A stretch of DNA of 64,000 bases from Eledone cirrhosa (taxonomy: Eukaryota). The stretch lies in assembly GCA_964016885.1 (NCBI GenBank), contig OZ024753.1, forward strand, positions 33,542,001 through 33,606,000, written 5' to 3'. Below the pieces are notes generated by a model. It saw only the letters and a list, made by a program, of their open reading frames with translations. It made no database searches and was not told the origin of the DNA. Of this stretch, positions 51,281 to 64,000 are shown in pieces. Each line of letters opens with the position of its first letter. Positions within the stretch are counted from its first letter, which is position 1. A program made the position numbers and the translations under genes.

Positions 51281-51323
51281 ACGTTGCTGACGATAGCTAA
51301 TAAGCTTGAAACTAGTACAGCGT
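51281..51323 (+). ncRNA. Type I hammerhead ribozyme, tandem copy 2
   Basis: ACGTTG-CTGACGA-T.AGCT-AATA-AGCT.T-GAAA-CTAG-TA-CAGCGT, 420 bp downstream of copy 1. Confidence 0.75.
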
Positions 51324-51664
51324 TCCTTTGTCAGAGTTGAACAAACGAGCAACGATGGTTGCTAGACACTACGGCTTAATACGGGATGTTTGTTTACAAA
51401 CACACCGAGCATTATAATAAATGTTCAGTGAATCCATACGTACATATATATATGTGTGTATATATATATATACACATATGAACGTATGTATGAATATGTA
51501 TGTATGAATGTATGTGTATGTAAAATTAATACACTCATGTTTACATGTCAAACAATTTACAATTGTGTATATGAATGTGTGTAGAAACATTTAATTATGA
51601 TCAAAAGGGAAGAGATTAATAGATAAGATAGAAAGATAGGTAGACAGTCAGACAAGCAGATATG

Positions 51665-52830
51665 TAGTTAGGGAGGCAGACAGCTAGGTAGGGAGGGAAA
51701 CAGGTAGGTAGGGAGGCAGACAGCTAGGTAGGGAGGGAGGCAGACAGCTAGGTAGGGAGGCAAACAGGTAGGTAGGGAGGCAAACAGGTAGGTAGGGAGG
51801 CAGACAGCTAGGTAGGGAGGCAGACAGCTAGGTAGGGAGGCAGACAGCTAGGTAGGAAGGCAGACAGCTAGGTAGGGAGGCAGACAGGTGGGTAGGGAGG
51901 CAGACAGGTGGGTAGGGAGGCAGACAGGTGGGTAGGGAGGCAGACAGGTGGGTAGGGAGGCAGACAGGTGGGTAGGGAGGCAGACAGGTGGGTAGGGAGG
52001 CAGACAGGTGGGTAGGGAGGCAGACAGGTGGGTAGGGAGGCAGACAGGTGGGTAGGGAGGCAGACAGGTGGGTAGGGAGGCAGACAGCTAGGTAGGGAGG
52101 CAGACAGCTAGGTAGGGAGGCAGACAGCTAGGTAGGGAGGCAGACAGCTAGGTAGGGAGGCAGACAGGTGGGTAGGGAGGCAGACAGGTGGGTAGGGAGG
52201 CAGACCGGTGGGTAGGGAGGCAGACAGCTAGGTAGGGAGGCAGACAGGTAAGTATAGAGGCAGACAGGTAGGTAGGGAGGCAGACAGGTAGGTAGGGAGG
52301 CAGACAGGTAGATAGACAGACAGGGAGATAGTCAGATAGGTAGATAGTCAGATAGGTAGAGAGACAGACAGGTAGACAGGTAGATAGTCAGACAGGTAGA
52401 TAGACAGGTAGATAGTCAGACAGGTAGATAGACAGACAGGTAGGTAGTCAGACAGGTAGGTAGTCAGACAGGTAGGTAGTCAGACAGGTAGGTAGGTAGT
52501 CAGTCAGGTAGGTAGTCAGACAGGTAGGTAGTCAGACAGGTCGATAGACAGATAGGTAGGTAGGTAGACAGGTAGATAGACAGACGGGTAGATAGACAGA
52601 CAGGTAGATAGACAGACAGGTAGATAGTCAGACAGGTAGATAGACAGATAGGTAGATAGACAGACAGGTAGATAGACAGACAGGTAGATAGACAGGTAGG
52701 TAGTCAGACAGGTAAGTAGACAGACAGGTAGGTAGACAGACAGGTAGGTAGACAGGTAGGTAGATAGGTAGACAGGTAGGTAGATAAGTAGACAGGTAGG
52801 TAGTCAGGCAGGTAGGTAGGTAGACAGGTT
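51665..52830 (+). repeat. G-rich 20-bp minisatellite (GGTAGGGAGGCAGACAGGTG/GCTA) grading into GACA/GATA/GGTA repeats
   Basis: About 30 tandem 20-mers at 51665-52310. Confidence 0.95.
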
Positions 52831-53431
52831 GGGTGAGATAAAATTCTGATTATTAAAATTCTGCAGAATGAGACAATAATGGAAGGAATTTAGAAAAAGA
52901 ATTTATCACAATATAAGTATGGTGATAAATTCTTTTCTGATATATTTATGTCATTTCACAATGGTATAAGAATACTAACACATACACACACGAACACACA
53001 CACGTACACAAACACACAAACACACACGAACAAACACACGAACAAACACAAACACACACAAACGCACACAAACACACACCAACGCACACAAACACACACA
53101 AACACACACAAACACACACAAACGCACACAAACACACACCAACGCACACAAACACACACAAACACACACAAACACACACAAACACCCACATGTATGGACA
53201 CATAAATATGTGTGGTATAGTCATATATATATATTTCTTATACATACAAATGTGGAAAAATGATTATATATATATATAACGAAGAAAATGTAAGGAACCA
53301 GATGGACCATAATGCACCAGAGTACTCAATACTTAGGGTAGTAAAGTGGGTAATAGGAAAAAGTATGACCCCGACGGCAGAGCCCAAGCTGTCGAAACGG
53401 CTTGGGCTTTGCCATCGGGGTCATACTTTTT

Positions 53432-53483
<52 letters not shown>

Positions 53484-53581
53484 AAAGTTTTATTTAAAAT
53501 TGTTGGGTTACAACAAGTAAATATTTTATAACCGATATAAAGCACTCAAGTTTTTGGAGTAGATATACAATATTAAACAAA

Positions 53582-54670
53582 TGGTAGGTAGACAGATAGG
53601 TAGAGAGACAGATAGGTAGAGAGACAGATAGGTAGGTAGACAGGTAGGTAGAGAGACAGATAGGTAGAGAGACAGATAGGTAGATAGACAGATAGGTAGA
53701 TAGACAGATAGGTAGATAGACAGATAGGTAGATAGACAGATAGGTAGATAGACAGATAGGTAGATAGACAGATAGGTAGGTAGACAGATAGGTAGGTAGA
53801 CAGATAGGTAGGTAGACAGATAGGTAGGTAGACAGATAGGTAGAGAGACAGATAGACAGACAGGTAGATAGTCAGACAGGTAGATAGTCAGACAGGTAGA
53901 TAGTCAGACAGGTAGACAGTCAGACAGGTAGACAGTCAGACAGGTAGACAGTCAGACAGGTAGACAGCCAGACAGGTAGACAGCCAGACAGGTAGACAGC
54001 CAGACAGGTAGACAGCCAGACAGCCAGACAGCCAGACAGCCAGACAGCCAGACAGCCAGACAGCCAGACAGCCAGACAGCCAGACAGGCAGACAGGCAGA
54101 CAGGCAGACAGGCAGACAGGCAGACAGTCAGACAGGCAGACAGTCAGACAGGCAGACAGTCAGACAGGTAGACAGTCAGACAGGTAGACAGTCAGACAGT
54201 CAGACAGGTAGACAGTCAGACAGGTAGACAGTCAGACAGGTAGACAGTCAGACAGTCAGACAGTCAGACAGTCAGACAGGTAGACAGTCAGACAGGTAGA
54301 CAGTCAGACAGTCAGACAGTCAGACAGTCAGACAGGTAGACAGTCAGACAGGTAGACAGTCAGACAGGTAGACAGTCAGACAGGTAGACAGTCAGACAGG
54401 TAGACAGTCAGACAGGTAGACAGTCAGACAGGTAGACAGTCAGACAGGTAGACAGTCAGACAGGTTGACAGTCAGACATGTAGATAGTCAGACAGGTAGA
54501 TAGTCAGACAGGTAGACAGTCAGACAGGTAGACAGTCAGACACGTAGATAGTCAGACACGTAGATAGTCAGACAGGTAGACAGTCAGACAGGTAGACAGT
54601 CAGACAGGTAGACAGTCAGACAGTCAGACAGGTAGATAGTCAGACAGGTAGATAGTCAGACAGGTAGATA
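53582..54670 (+). repeat. Compound tetranucleotide satellite (GACA/GATA/GGTA/GTCA)
   Basis: Directly visible 8/16/20-bp units. Confidence 0.95.
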
Positions 54671-54745
54671 TAATATGGTATCCCTGAAATATGTATAATG
54701 AAATAAATATGGTTTTATAAATATAGTTTCCATTTGTTTAATATC

Positions 54746-54805
<60 letters not shown>

Positions 54806-55072
54806 ATAATAAATGTGTGTGTATATTTATAAAAACCACCATTTAATGTCCATTTTCACATTTTTCATGCTAGCATGGGTTAGATGAATTGTCTTATGAG
54901 CCAAGTTAGATCCAGAGACTCTTGCTCATACAAAACTGTTTTTTGTTTGTCTTCTACAGCTGGATACCCTTCCTAACACCAACCATATTTACAGTGTGAA
55001 CTGGGTGCTTTTATTATGGCACCAAAATGACCAACTGACAGACTGGACAGTGTACATATCTGTGCGCGCGCA

Positions 55073-55103
<31 letters not shown>

Positions 55104-55588
55104 ACGGTTGCATCTCAGTTTAAATAATTGCCATACCCTGACTTTTTCTCATATATGAGTAGCATGAACATGACTTTCTATCCCTGCCAAGGACTAAGAT
55201 TCCTTTCTGCATATGCTGCAGCAAAAAATAAAAAGAAAAGGCCATGCTTACACAAGATGCGTGAAAGTCATTTAGATCAAGTGATGCCTGTGCTTGAAGT
55301 TTTTTAAATGAAGAAAAGCCTTGCCCTTGACAAATACTATTCTGTGAATGACATACAGTTATCCAAAAACAACAAAAAACAGGTCAACATCATTGGGTGC
55401 CATCTTGTCCCAAGTTTTACATTAAAGCCATCTTTCTTCTGGAATGATATCCTAACAAAAACTGGTGGGCTAACTTTGCGCTCTGGCACCAAACAAAGAA
55501 TTTCACGTCCCCTTGCATACATATACATATATAAATAAACACATATATACATACATGCATATATATGTATATATATATCTATATATAC

Positions 55589-55621
<33 letters not shown>

Positions 55622-55815
55622 TGTGTATGGTGTTTGTGTGTGTGTATTTGTTAATGGGGGGAAAATGGATTTATGATGATGATATATATGTAAGTGAATT
55701 ATTTAGAAGTAAACTTTACTCCATTACTTTTGAAACTTTTTTCGAATCTCTATGAATATAATAAATAACTATGAATATAAACACATATACACACTCATAC
55801 AGACGTATGTGCAGG

Positions 55816-55851
<36 letters not shown>

Positions 55852-56127
55852 CATACATACATACACACATACCTACTCAGACACAAAACACCTAATACAT
55901 TAACACATTGCAAGTATATTGTTTCTGAATAAAAACAGATTTAAAAGTTCTATAAAAGTTCTATAAAAATTCTAACAAAAACATTTTCAGCAAAATGCGT
56001 AGATAATTAAATTAAGAAAAAATAGTTAGAAATACTGAAGTAATTCAATCTTTGTTAATGTTCCCATTGGAAATGAATAGAACCACAATTTAAGGTAGTA
56101 TATATAATGTATGATGTAGTCTGTGAA

Positions 56128-56395
56128 AAAGTATAGTAGCTAGAATAAGAACAGGATGGAGAAAGTTCAAGGAGCTACTACCTCTGTTGATAACAAGTAG
56201 TTTTTCTCTATGAATGAAAGAGCAGCTATATGTTGCCTGTGTGCAAATAAGGTTGCATTGAACTGAAGTATGGGCAATATATACAGAAGAGATGCATTGA
56301 CTAGAGACAAATGAAGCAAGCATGCTTTGATGGATGTGCAATCGCAATGTGAATGAACTGCAAAGCATGGATGAGCTGAGAGAGAAACTGAGTGA
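56128..56395 (+). pseudogene. Highly decayed RTE LINE fragment
   Basis: GTAGCTAGAATAAGAACAGGATGGAGAAAGTTCAAGGAGCTACTACC is homologous to the 18295-18540 region; multiple stops. Confidence 0.7.
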
Positions 56396-56904
56396 GACTT
56401 AAAGAGGTTACAAAATATGAGAATCAGTAATTGAATGTGTCAAATTAGCAGAGTCAGTAGAATGTTGGTAAGATCACTGTGCAGTATTTGTTCTGATTCC
56501 ATGTACCCTGAGTTCAAATCCCACTGGAGTCAACTTTACTTTTCATAGTTTCAAGGTCCATAAATAAAGTACTAGTTCTTCCGCTATATCTTTTCCACTT
56601 TTCTCTTACTCATGTTCTGAAGGAAATCAATTGTATTCTAACCTGGAGAGGGATGGGCTCTGTGAAGTTTAAATGCCCAAGTCATATGACATTCAAGATT
56701 TTGGCATGGTTTCTATGATGTGATGGTCTTTTGAACAACATCCACATTACTAGGTGCATTTTATTGTGGCACTAACACTACATCTTTACAGAGTGTAGTG
56801 GGTACCTTCCCTCATGACACCACCACTAGAGACATTATGCATTTGGCAAGACTCCTTTACATCATAAGTCATCTCTGTCCTATATTGTCTCCACTCAAGC
56901 ATGC

Positions 56905-56935
<31 letters not shown>

Positions 56936-57449
56936 TATATACATACATATATATATATATACACAGAGATATCTGTGAAGTATATCTCTAATGACTTGAT
57001 TTTTTATTTCATTGTTTTAACTTTATATATATAGCAGGGAAAGCGGACATAAAAATGACAATGATGCTATATATACATATATATACATACATGCATACAC
57101 ACTTACACCTGCTTACACACATTATATCTAAGTCTTGCCAAATGAGTAGACTATATTTCACATGCTATTAAACTAACTATACTACTAATACTACTCCAAT
57201 AAAAATCACCAGTAGTATTAGCAGTAATAATAGTAATAGTTTTATTCAAATGATAGTGCCAATATTATATAAAGAACAATGAATCTTCTCACGAAATGAA
57301 ATTTCTCTAAAATTCTGTAAACAAAATTTATATTTTTATTTCAAACAGCCCCAACAAAATCGACAACCACATATAAAGAAAATTTAATGTACATCGATCA
57401 TATTTCTTTTATATATATATAATACATACATAAATAAATAAATATAGAC

Positions 57450-57496
57450 TTGTTTCTCTAACTATCAATCTCGCTACCTCTTTTCTTCTCTGAATA
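57450..57496 (-). CDS. Putative host-gene exon: IQRRKEVARLIVRET (donor uncertain)
   Basis: atttctttgcag acceptor; the first T completes a TAT codon begun in the previous exon. Confidence 0.45.
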
Positions 57497-57596
57497 CTGC
57501 AAAGAAATATAAATTCTGCAGTAAATAAATGGCAGATGTCGAGTTTCTCAGATTTTAATGTAATGTGAAATATTTATTTATATACATCAAACTATA

Positions 57597-57628
<32 letters not shown>

Positions 57629-58130
57629 GATAGATATCTCAGTATCAAATAAACACACCTATCAGCTGATTCCTCCTTATATACATCACTGAACAGTATA
57701 AATATACACATCAATCTATATTCATCTACATTGCTTATAGTAGCTATATATGTGAGTGGATCTATGTATGTATGAGTCCATTACTCATGATGGAGTCACA
57801 GGGGCACAGTAATGATATACAGTATGTCTTAGGCATTATAAACCTGTCAGAGCTTATTCCCCCTCCAGATCCGAACAGATCCTATTTCTTCCAGAAAAAA
57901 GATAAAGTGAATGATAAAGAGGAAGTGGCAAAGAGACATAGAGGAAGAATCATGCCCAGTACTTTTTTTTATCGACCTCAAAAAGATGAAAGGCAAAGTT
58001 GGTCTTAGTCGAATTTGAAATCGCAATAGGGAGAGCCAGAAAGAATGCTGCAAATCATTCTGTCCAACATTCGAATGACTTTACCAAATTGACAACCATT
58101 TCTATACAACTTGATATTCATCTGTCTTAC

Positions 58131-58190
58131 TATTTTGAATAACAGCAATATTTAAATGATATGGCATATTTTTTCAAAAGCTCTCCATTG
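58131..58190 (-). CDS. Putative host-gene internal exon (60 nt): NGELLKKYAISFKYCCYSK
   Basis: tctttcaattgccag acceptor, GTAAGA donor; only the phase 2-2 frame is open. Confidence 0.6.
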
Positions 58191-58362
58191 CTGGCAATTG
58201 AAAGATAACACATTATAAGATATGGAAAATAATTCAAAATGTATACTAATAAATAAAAGGTAAAATATTAGACAAAAACTATTTTTTCTCTCTTTCAGAT
58301 ACCAAATTTTATTTTGTACAGATAATTATTTTATCTCCCTTATATATACCTATATATACATA

Positions 58363-58403
<41 letters not shown>

Positions 58404-58459
58404 TATATATATATATATATATATATATGCATATGCATATATATACACACATATAATAA

Positions 58460-58932
58460 TAGAAAACATGAGTGGAACAGCAAGATCACAACTTACAATT
58501 AAGGACAAAATGAAAACACACACACACACAGAACAAACAACCAACCAGTAACATGTAAATAAACAAATATAAACACACACACACCTGGATGTAACACATG
58601 CGCAAACTAAGCACACAACACACACAACACACACACAAAAACAAAATGGCGTAGGACAGAACAAAGGAGAGGCACAAAAAACAAAGAAAAGAATCCACAG
58701 TCACTGAAGAGGTCACAGAATGTGTGACAAAAGAACTTTGACAATATATAAACAACCATCTGGTTGTGGAACCAACCAACCAACCGGAAATTTATAAATT
58801 CCTAAATTTATAAATTTATTATAATAAATTGAAGTGAAAGCAGGAGGTGTGTGTGTTTCTTATTGGCAACATGACCCTCCCAAAGTATAACAATATCGGT
58901 TTCTACACGCGTTTTCAGATAAAGAATCTTGC
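58460..58932 (+). mobile_element. Longer single copy of the 15553-16148 family with a mutated hammerhead
   Basis: Shares AAAATGGCGTAGGACAGAA..CAGTCACTGAAGAGGTCACAG..AAACAAATTCAGAAACGA. Core GAAA changed to AAAA. Confidence 0.8.
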
Positions 58933-59397
58933 TAAACAAATTCAGAAACGAAATATATTATATACACATGCATATATATATACACATGCATATAAATACA
59001 CATACATATATATATACACATGCATATAAATACACATACATATATATATACACATGCATATAAATACACATACATATATATACACATGCATATAAATACA
59101 CATATATATATATATATATATACACATGCATATAAATACACATACATATATATACACATGCATATAAATACACATACATATATATACACATGCATATAAA
59201 TACACATACATATATATATATATATATATACACATATGCATATAAATACATACATGTATATATACATACTTATGTCATTAGAAAACGAAACTTTTTTTAT
59301 ATTGGATGACCAAAAATAAAAACATTATAAATAAATAATTGTTGTATTTAACAGGCAGTAGATAAAAAGCAAGCCATATCATCTATTCAAACTTTAC

Positions 59398-59481
59398 ATT
59401 GTTATTTCAGTATATCCATGCCATTTATGGTTTATTTCAGAAATAAATCTTTGTTGATATATAAGCTCTCCAGGAGAAAAT
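59398..59481 (-). CDS. Putative host-gene internal exon (84 nt): FSPGELIYQQRFISEINHKWHGYTEIT
   Basis: ttcag acceptor, GTAAAG donor, phase 2-2; joins in frame to both neighbouring candidate exons. Confidence 0.55.
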
Positions 59482-59662
59482 CTGAAGCATACAGAGATAT
59501 ATAAGCACTGGTAAAAGTTAATGAGAACCTGAAGGCATCCTTATTTAGAAAAATATGCAATATTCCATTACATAGGAATTCAACAGCAAATGTTTGCTTT
59601 TAAGAACAAAAATATATAAATATAAAGGGATTTCGAAATTCATTATTGATGCAAAGACTTAC

Positions 59663-59687
59663 ACTAAAGAACCGTATTCATAGTTAT
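59663..59687 (-). CDS. Putative micro-exon: NYEYGSL(V) (alternative acceptor at 59699)
   Basis: GTAAGT donor in phase 2, compatible with the 59481 exon; cctttag acceptor. Confidence 0.4.
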
Positions 59688-61222
59688 CTAAAGGTTCATC
59701 TTTGTTTGATTAAACATGTAGTGAGGTCATACTACTATTTCATCCTTTGGGGCTTAATAAAAGAACAACTAGAATAGAATATTGGGGGTCAAGGAATGTC
59801 ATTATATCTGCTTCTTTTGAAATATTTGCTGCAAGCCCATGTGATCAATAGGCTGTGATCAATAGAGAAGATATATTGGTATATAAGAAACATTATTAAC
59901 TAAATTGTTGGCATTTGTAGTTTCTGCTTGCTTTAAAAAATACTGAGTGGGAAGTTATGGTTTATATCAGCAGTTTCCAGCTTTTTCACTCAACAAAATC
60001 CATTTTATTTTAATGAATTATTATTCCATGGATACAAAATACTCATCTCCCAGATTGTAAGATTGGAATATTAATAGAAAGAGAGAGATGTTCATACTTT
60101 AAAAATATTGGATACAAAAGGCACACATGGACAAGGTGGTGGTGGTATTAACCTTGGTGGCAGATTAAGACTACAATCCATGTGGGCTGTGCCTAGATAT
60201 GAATTAAGAATGGAAAATGCTGAAACAAATACCAAAAAAAATCACAACAGAAATGCTATCGATTCCATCAGTCCAACACTGTAGACTGGCTCTTTCTCAA
60301 TGCTGGAGGGATGAAAGGTGAAGTTGGCCTCAGCAAATTATAAGGACCTGTAACAAATACATTTAGTTATAGGAACAGAGATAATATCTCTATGTTGTCC
60401 TGATTTTAATGTCTCCACATTGACTTGACTTATGTGAAACCTCAAAGAACACCATTACCTACTGTAATTTTAAATAGTATCAACAGAGTTACTACATAAT
60501 GTAATGGAGCATGGAAATGTAGACTATGCCTATCTGAGAAGTTCCATAGAAAATTTGCTTAAAGTGCCACCACAATTTTTCCTTGAGAATTTATATCTAA
60601 CTGAATGTCTTAAAACAAAACAAATTCTTGTAATTCTATACTTTGAGCCTCATCTGTATATATACAACCCATGAAAGCATGGAAAATGGACATTAAAGAA
60701 TGATGACGATACAATGACCTAGTAGTTTCCTTACTATTTAGCGGTCCTGTCTATGGTCAGTAGCATTTCAACCTTGAATGTTTCGACGACTATAAACCAA
60801 TCTTATTTAAGCCCACCCCCATAAAAAGTGACTCTTTCAATGGCCTGTGATCCACCCAGGAATCTTATGTGAGAGATCACAGCTGTAAAATACTTATGTG
60901 GTGTGAAACTATGTAATGCAGTAGTCATTAAATATTTAATTATAAATATAAACTCTACAGAATAAATTGAGTGCTCTTATCTTTTGATTGCAAGCATGAA
61001 CATATGTATACATAAACACACACACAATACATGTATGTGTGCATATATATATATATGTGTGTGTGTGTAAGTGTATGTATATATGTATTTACATGTCTAA
61101 GTGTATGAATAAAAAATGTATACATATTCAAACATATACATACACACATGTATACATATGCATATATATACATATATGTGTGTGTCAGTGTATATATTAG
61201 CCTTCACATTTATTATTATTAC

Positions 61223-61258
<36 letters not shown>

Positions 61259-64000
61259 GTGTGTGTGTGTATATATATACATATGTGTGTGTGAATATAT
61301 ATATATGGTTAGCAATCAATTTCTTTCTCGAAACAATCTGACAAAGATATAGATAATTGTCTAATATTTGGAAAATTCTAGATATCTGAAAAATATAAAT
61401 AAGATAATTTTCTTCATATTGATTTCATCTTATTGAAATAAAACTTGAGTTATCAATAGATATTGTTTTGTTTAGCTTTTTTCTTAGATAAATCAATGGA
61501 CTGCTTGTGGAAATTTTTTTACCATTTTCCTAATTAAAAAAAAAAAAAAAAAAAAAAAATCACTTTTATCATTATATAATTTTATTATTGTTAATTATTT
61601 GAATTATATATATATATAAATATATATGTGTGTATATATACTTAAATGTATATATATATGTATTTTTTTATGTGTGTATATGTGTATATTCATATATCAT
61701 CATCATTTGAACATCTGTTTTTCCAGGATTGCTTAGGTTATACAAATTTCCTCCATTAGGGCATTTGTTTACATGCATTGACTATCATCATTTTAACATA
61801 TTTCAGTATTTTCTAAAGCTAAATCTTGATAGACATGCTATATTTAAATTCTTGCTTTATTCCAAAGTGATTGTTTCTTTATTGTTTAACATCACAAAAA
61901 GTTGTATCCTTTAGAAACATCGTCTATATATCATATAATTTGTTTCAACCATAGACTAATAGCTAGGACCTCTTAGCCTTGCAGGGAAAATAATGACCAA
62001 CATCTATAATGCTAGTGCCGTGACAAAACACACCTGGTACACTCTGTAAAGTGGTTGGAATTAGGAAAAGCATCCAGTTGTAGACATAACAAGATTATAA
62101 GCATTGCTTGTCTTATTCAGATTGAGTTATATACTGTATTTGCTGGCCTATTGGATGCCCCTTCCTATAAATTGCTTCCTGGTTCATTATCATATCTCTA
62201 ATGAAAAAGATGATTTTGAATGATTTTCAAATAATTTTGAAAATAATCAAGGATTTAGATGGTTTTGAAAATATAACTAACTTACTCAATATTAAGTTGT
62301 TTGAAAGTTTCTTATACAAAACTAATAATTTTATATCATATAGTCTAACCCATGCTAGCGTGGAAAATGGACGTTAAACGAAGATGATGATGATGACACC
62401 CAAAGGTAGTTTCAGGAAGTTTAGTAGCAAAAGTAGTATTATATTTTATTCTATAATTGTTTAACACTTAGATATTAACACTATGGACATGTTAATACTA
62501 TTCCTATATATGGCATGATCTGGAATGGCCAGGTATAGAAAGCTGGATAATCTGATGTAATTCACATTTCCATAGTCAGGATTGAATTCATCAAAGAAAA
62601 CTCAGTATTTCATTCCATTAATCTTTCTAAAAACTATTTAATTGCACAACATTCATTTATATATATTCAATCAATTCACATATTAAATCAACAATGAAAT
62701 TTGGTATCAATAGACATTTGCATACACCAGAACTAGAACGTGTTTGCTATACTCTTTACATTATAGATATATAACAATATATATATTAGTGAATGGCCAT
62801 AAAACGCTATCACTTTAGCTCGTTGAAGGATTAATCTTAAATGTTCTTTGTTTATAATCTTTCAGTAGGATGAATGATTTCAGTTAGTCACAGAAAGTAT
62901 TTCAATGTCAGATGTTGAAATAGATTAAAGGTGGTAAATTGCTTTTGTTTTTCCATTTCGTGATGTATATGTGAGCAGGGAAAATGGACGTTAAATAATG
63001 ATGGGATATGTGTTGAAAGCTGACCCCCTGCAGCTGAATCTCACAAATGAGATGACCCAAGGTAGAGAAAGCTGGTGATATTCCATAAAACAAGAAACAT
63101 CTTCCTATACAAGTGGAATGAAACAGCTCAAGGAGGGTGGCTAACCACCTATTGCCCTCCACCTTAACCCTTTAGCATTTACGTTACTTTATATTTACTA
63201 TTATATTTTCATGGTAAACACTGTTTCACATAATTATCTCACATAATATAGAATCTGAGATGTTGATATTTATTTTGAGAATAGCTTAATATCAGTATGA
63301 GCAACCAGTTACAGCTGGTTTGAACAGAAAGATGCAAAAGGGTCAAACCTGAAGAAGTAGAGAAGTTGTACAATGCACAAACCTTACATCCTGCCTGCTA
63401 GTATTACTCCTGAATTCCATCCCATCATGTCCCTGATTCCCTTCACCCTAAACTCCAAAAAGCAGAGAGATTGAACAGCTCTCAGGTCCTTACCTGTTAG
63501 TATACTCTTGACTCCTTTGCCAAACCCATGCTAATATGGAAAGCTAGGGCAAACATTTACTAATTCACCTTCCCTGCTGAACTCATGCACTCCCAGAGAA
63601 TAAAACATTGCCTTTTTCTGCATTCATCATTTGAAAAAGTTAAATCTATTTTCCATACTTGCATGGGTTTGATGGCTGTCACATGTTAAGGCCAGACTGG
63701 TAAGGTGACTAGATCCTATTTGTATGGCTTGGTTTTTATGGCTGGGTGCCCGTCATCATCAACATCATCATTTTACATCCGCTTTTTCCTGCTTGCAAGG
63801 GTTGGACGGGTCCTATTCAGCACAGCATCTCTCCACTTGTCACGGTCCTAATGACAATTTCACAGTGTGTACTGGGAACATTGTTTTTACAGCTAGATGC
63901 CCTTCCTGACATGAACCACTTTACAGGATGTACTAAGAGCTGCTAAAAAGACTGATGATGGACGACCTTGAGGATATGCTTCACACGAGACACGTGCGCT

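Noticed and set aside
51665-54670. CRISPR-like or telomeric array
   Set aside because: Pure tandem repeats without unique spacers; not TTAGGG; eukaryotic context.

Overview
AT-rich eukaryotic animal DNA dominated by (TA/CA)n microsatellites and retroelements. The SINE types resemble those of octopuses, so a cephalopod origin is inferred but not proven. Most ORFs in the supplied track are microsatellite or antisense artefacts. Main content: (1) two near-identical, intact, full-length Tx1/L1-type LINEs in head-to-tail tandem (20182-32267, minus), bounded by (AAT)n at all three junctions and nested inside the 3' UTR of an RTE LINE; (2) a same-strand cluster of RTE and bipartite RTE-derived elements whose 5' end has a candidate structured RNA; (3) two Penelope-like elements (one Naiad-like with an open RT+GIY-YIG frame) with inverted ends; (4) many short fold-back palindromes that carry type-I hammerhead ribozymes of several unrelated families and share one architecture (two 5'-truncated copies joined head-to-head, only one with a 3' tail, inserted in TA repeats); (5) a 420-nt tandem hammerhead unit resembling a retrozyme; (6) 3-4 phase-compatible minus-strand exons (57.4-59.7 kb) of an unidentified host gene, which suggests much of the window is intronic. 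All structures were read by eye and no searches were run.
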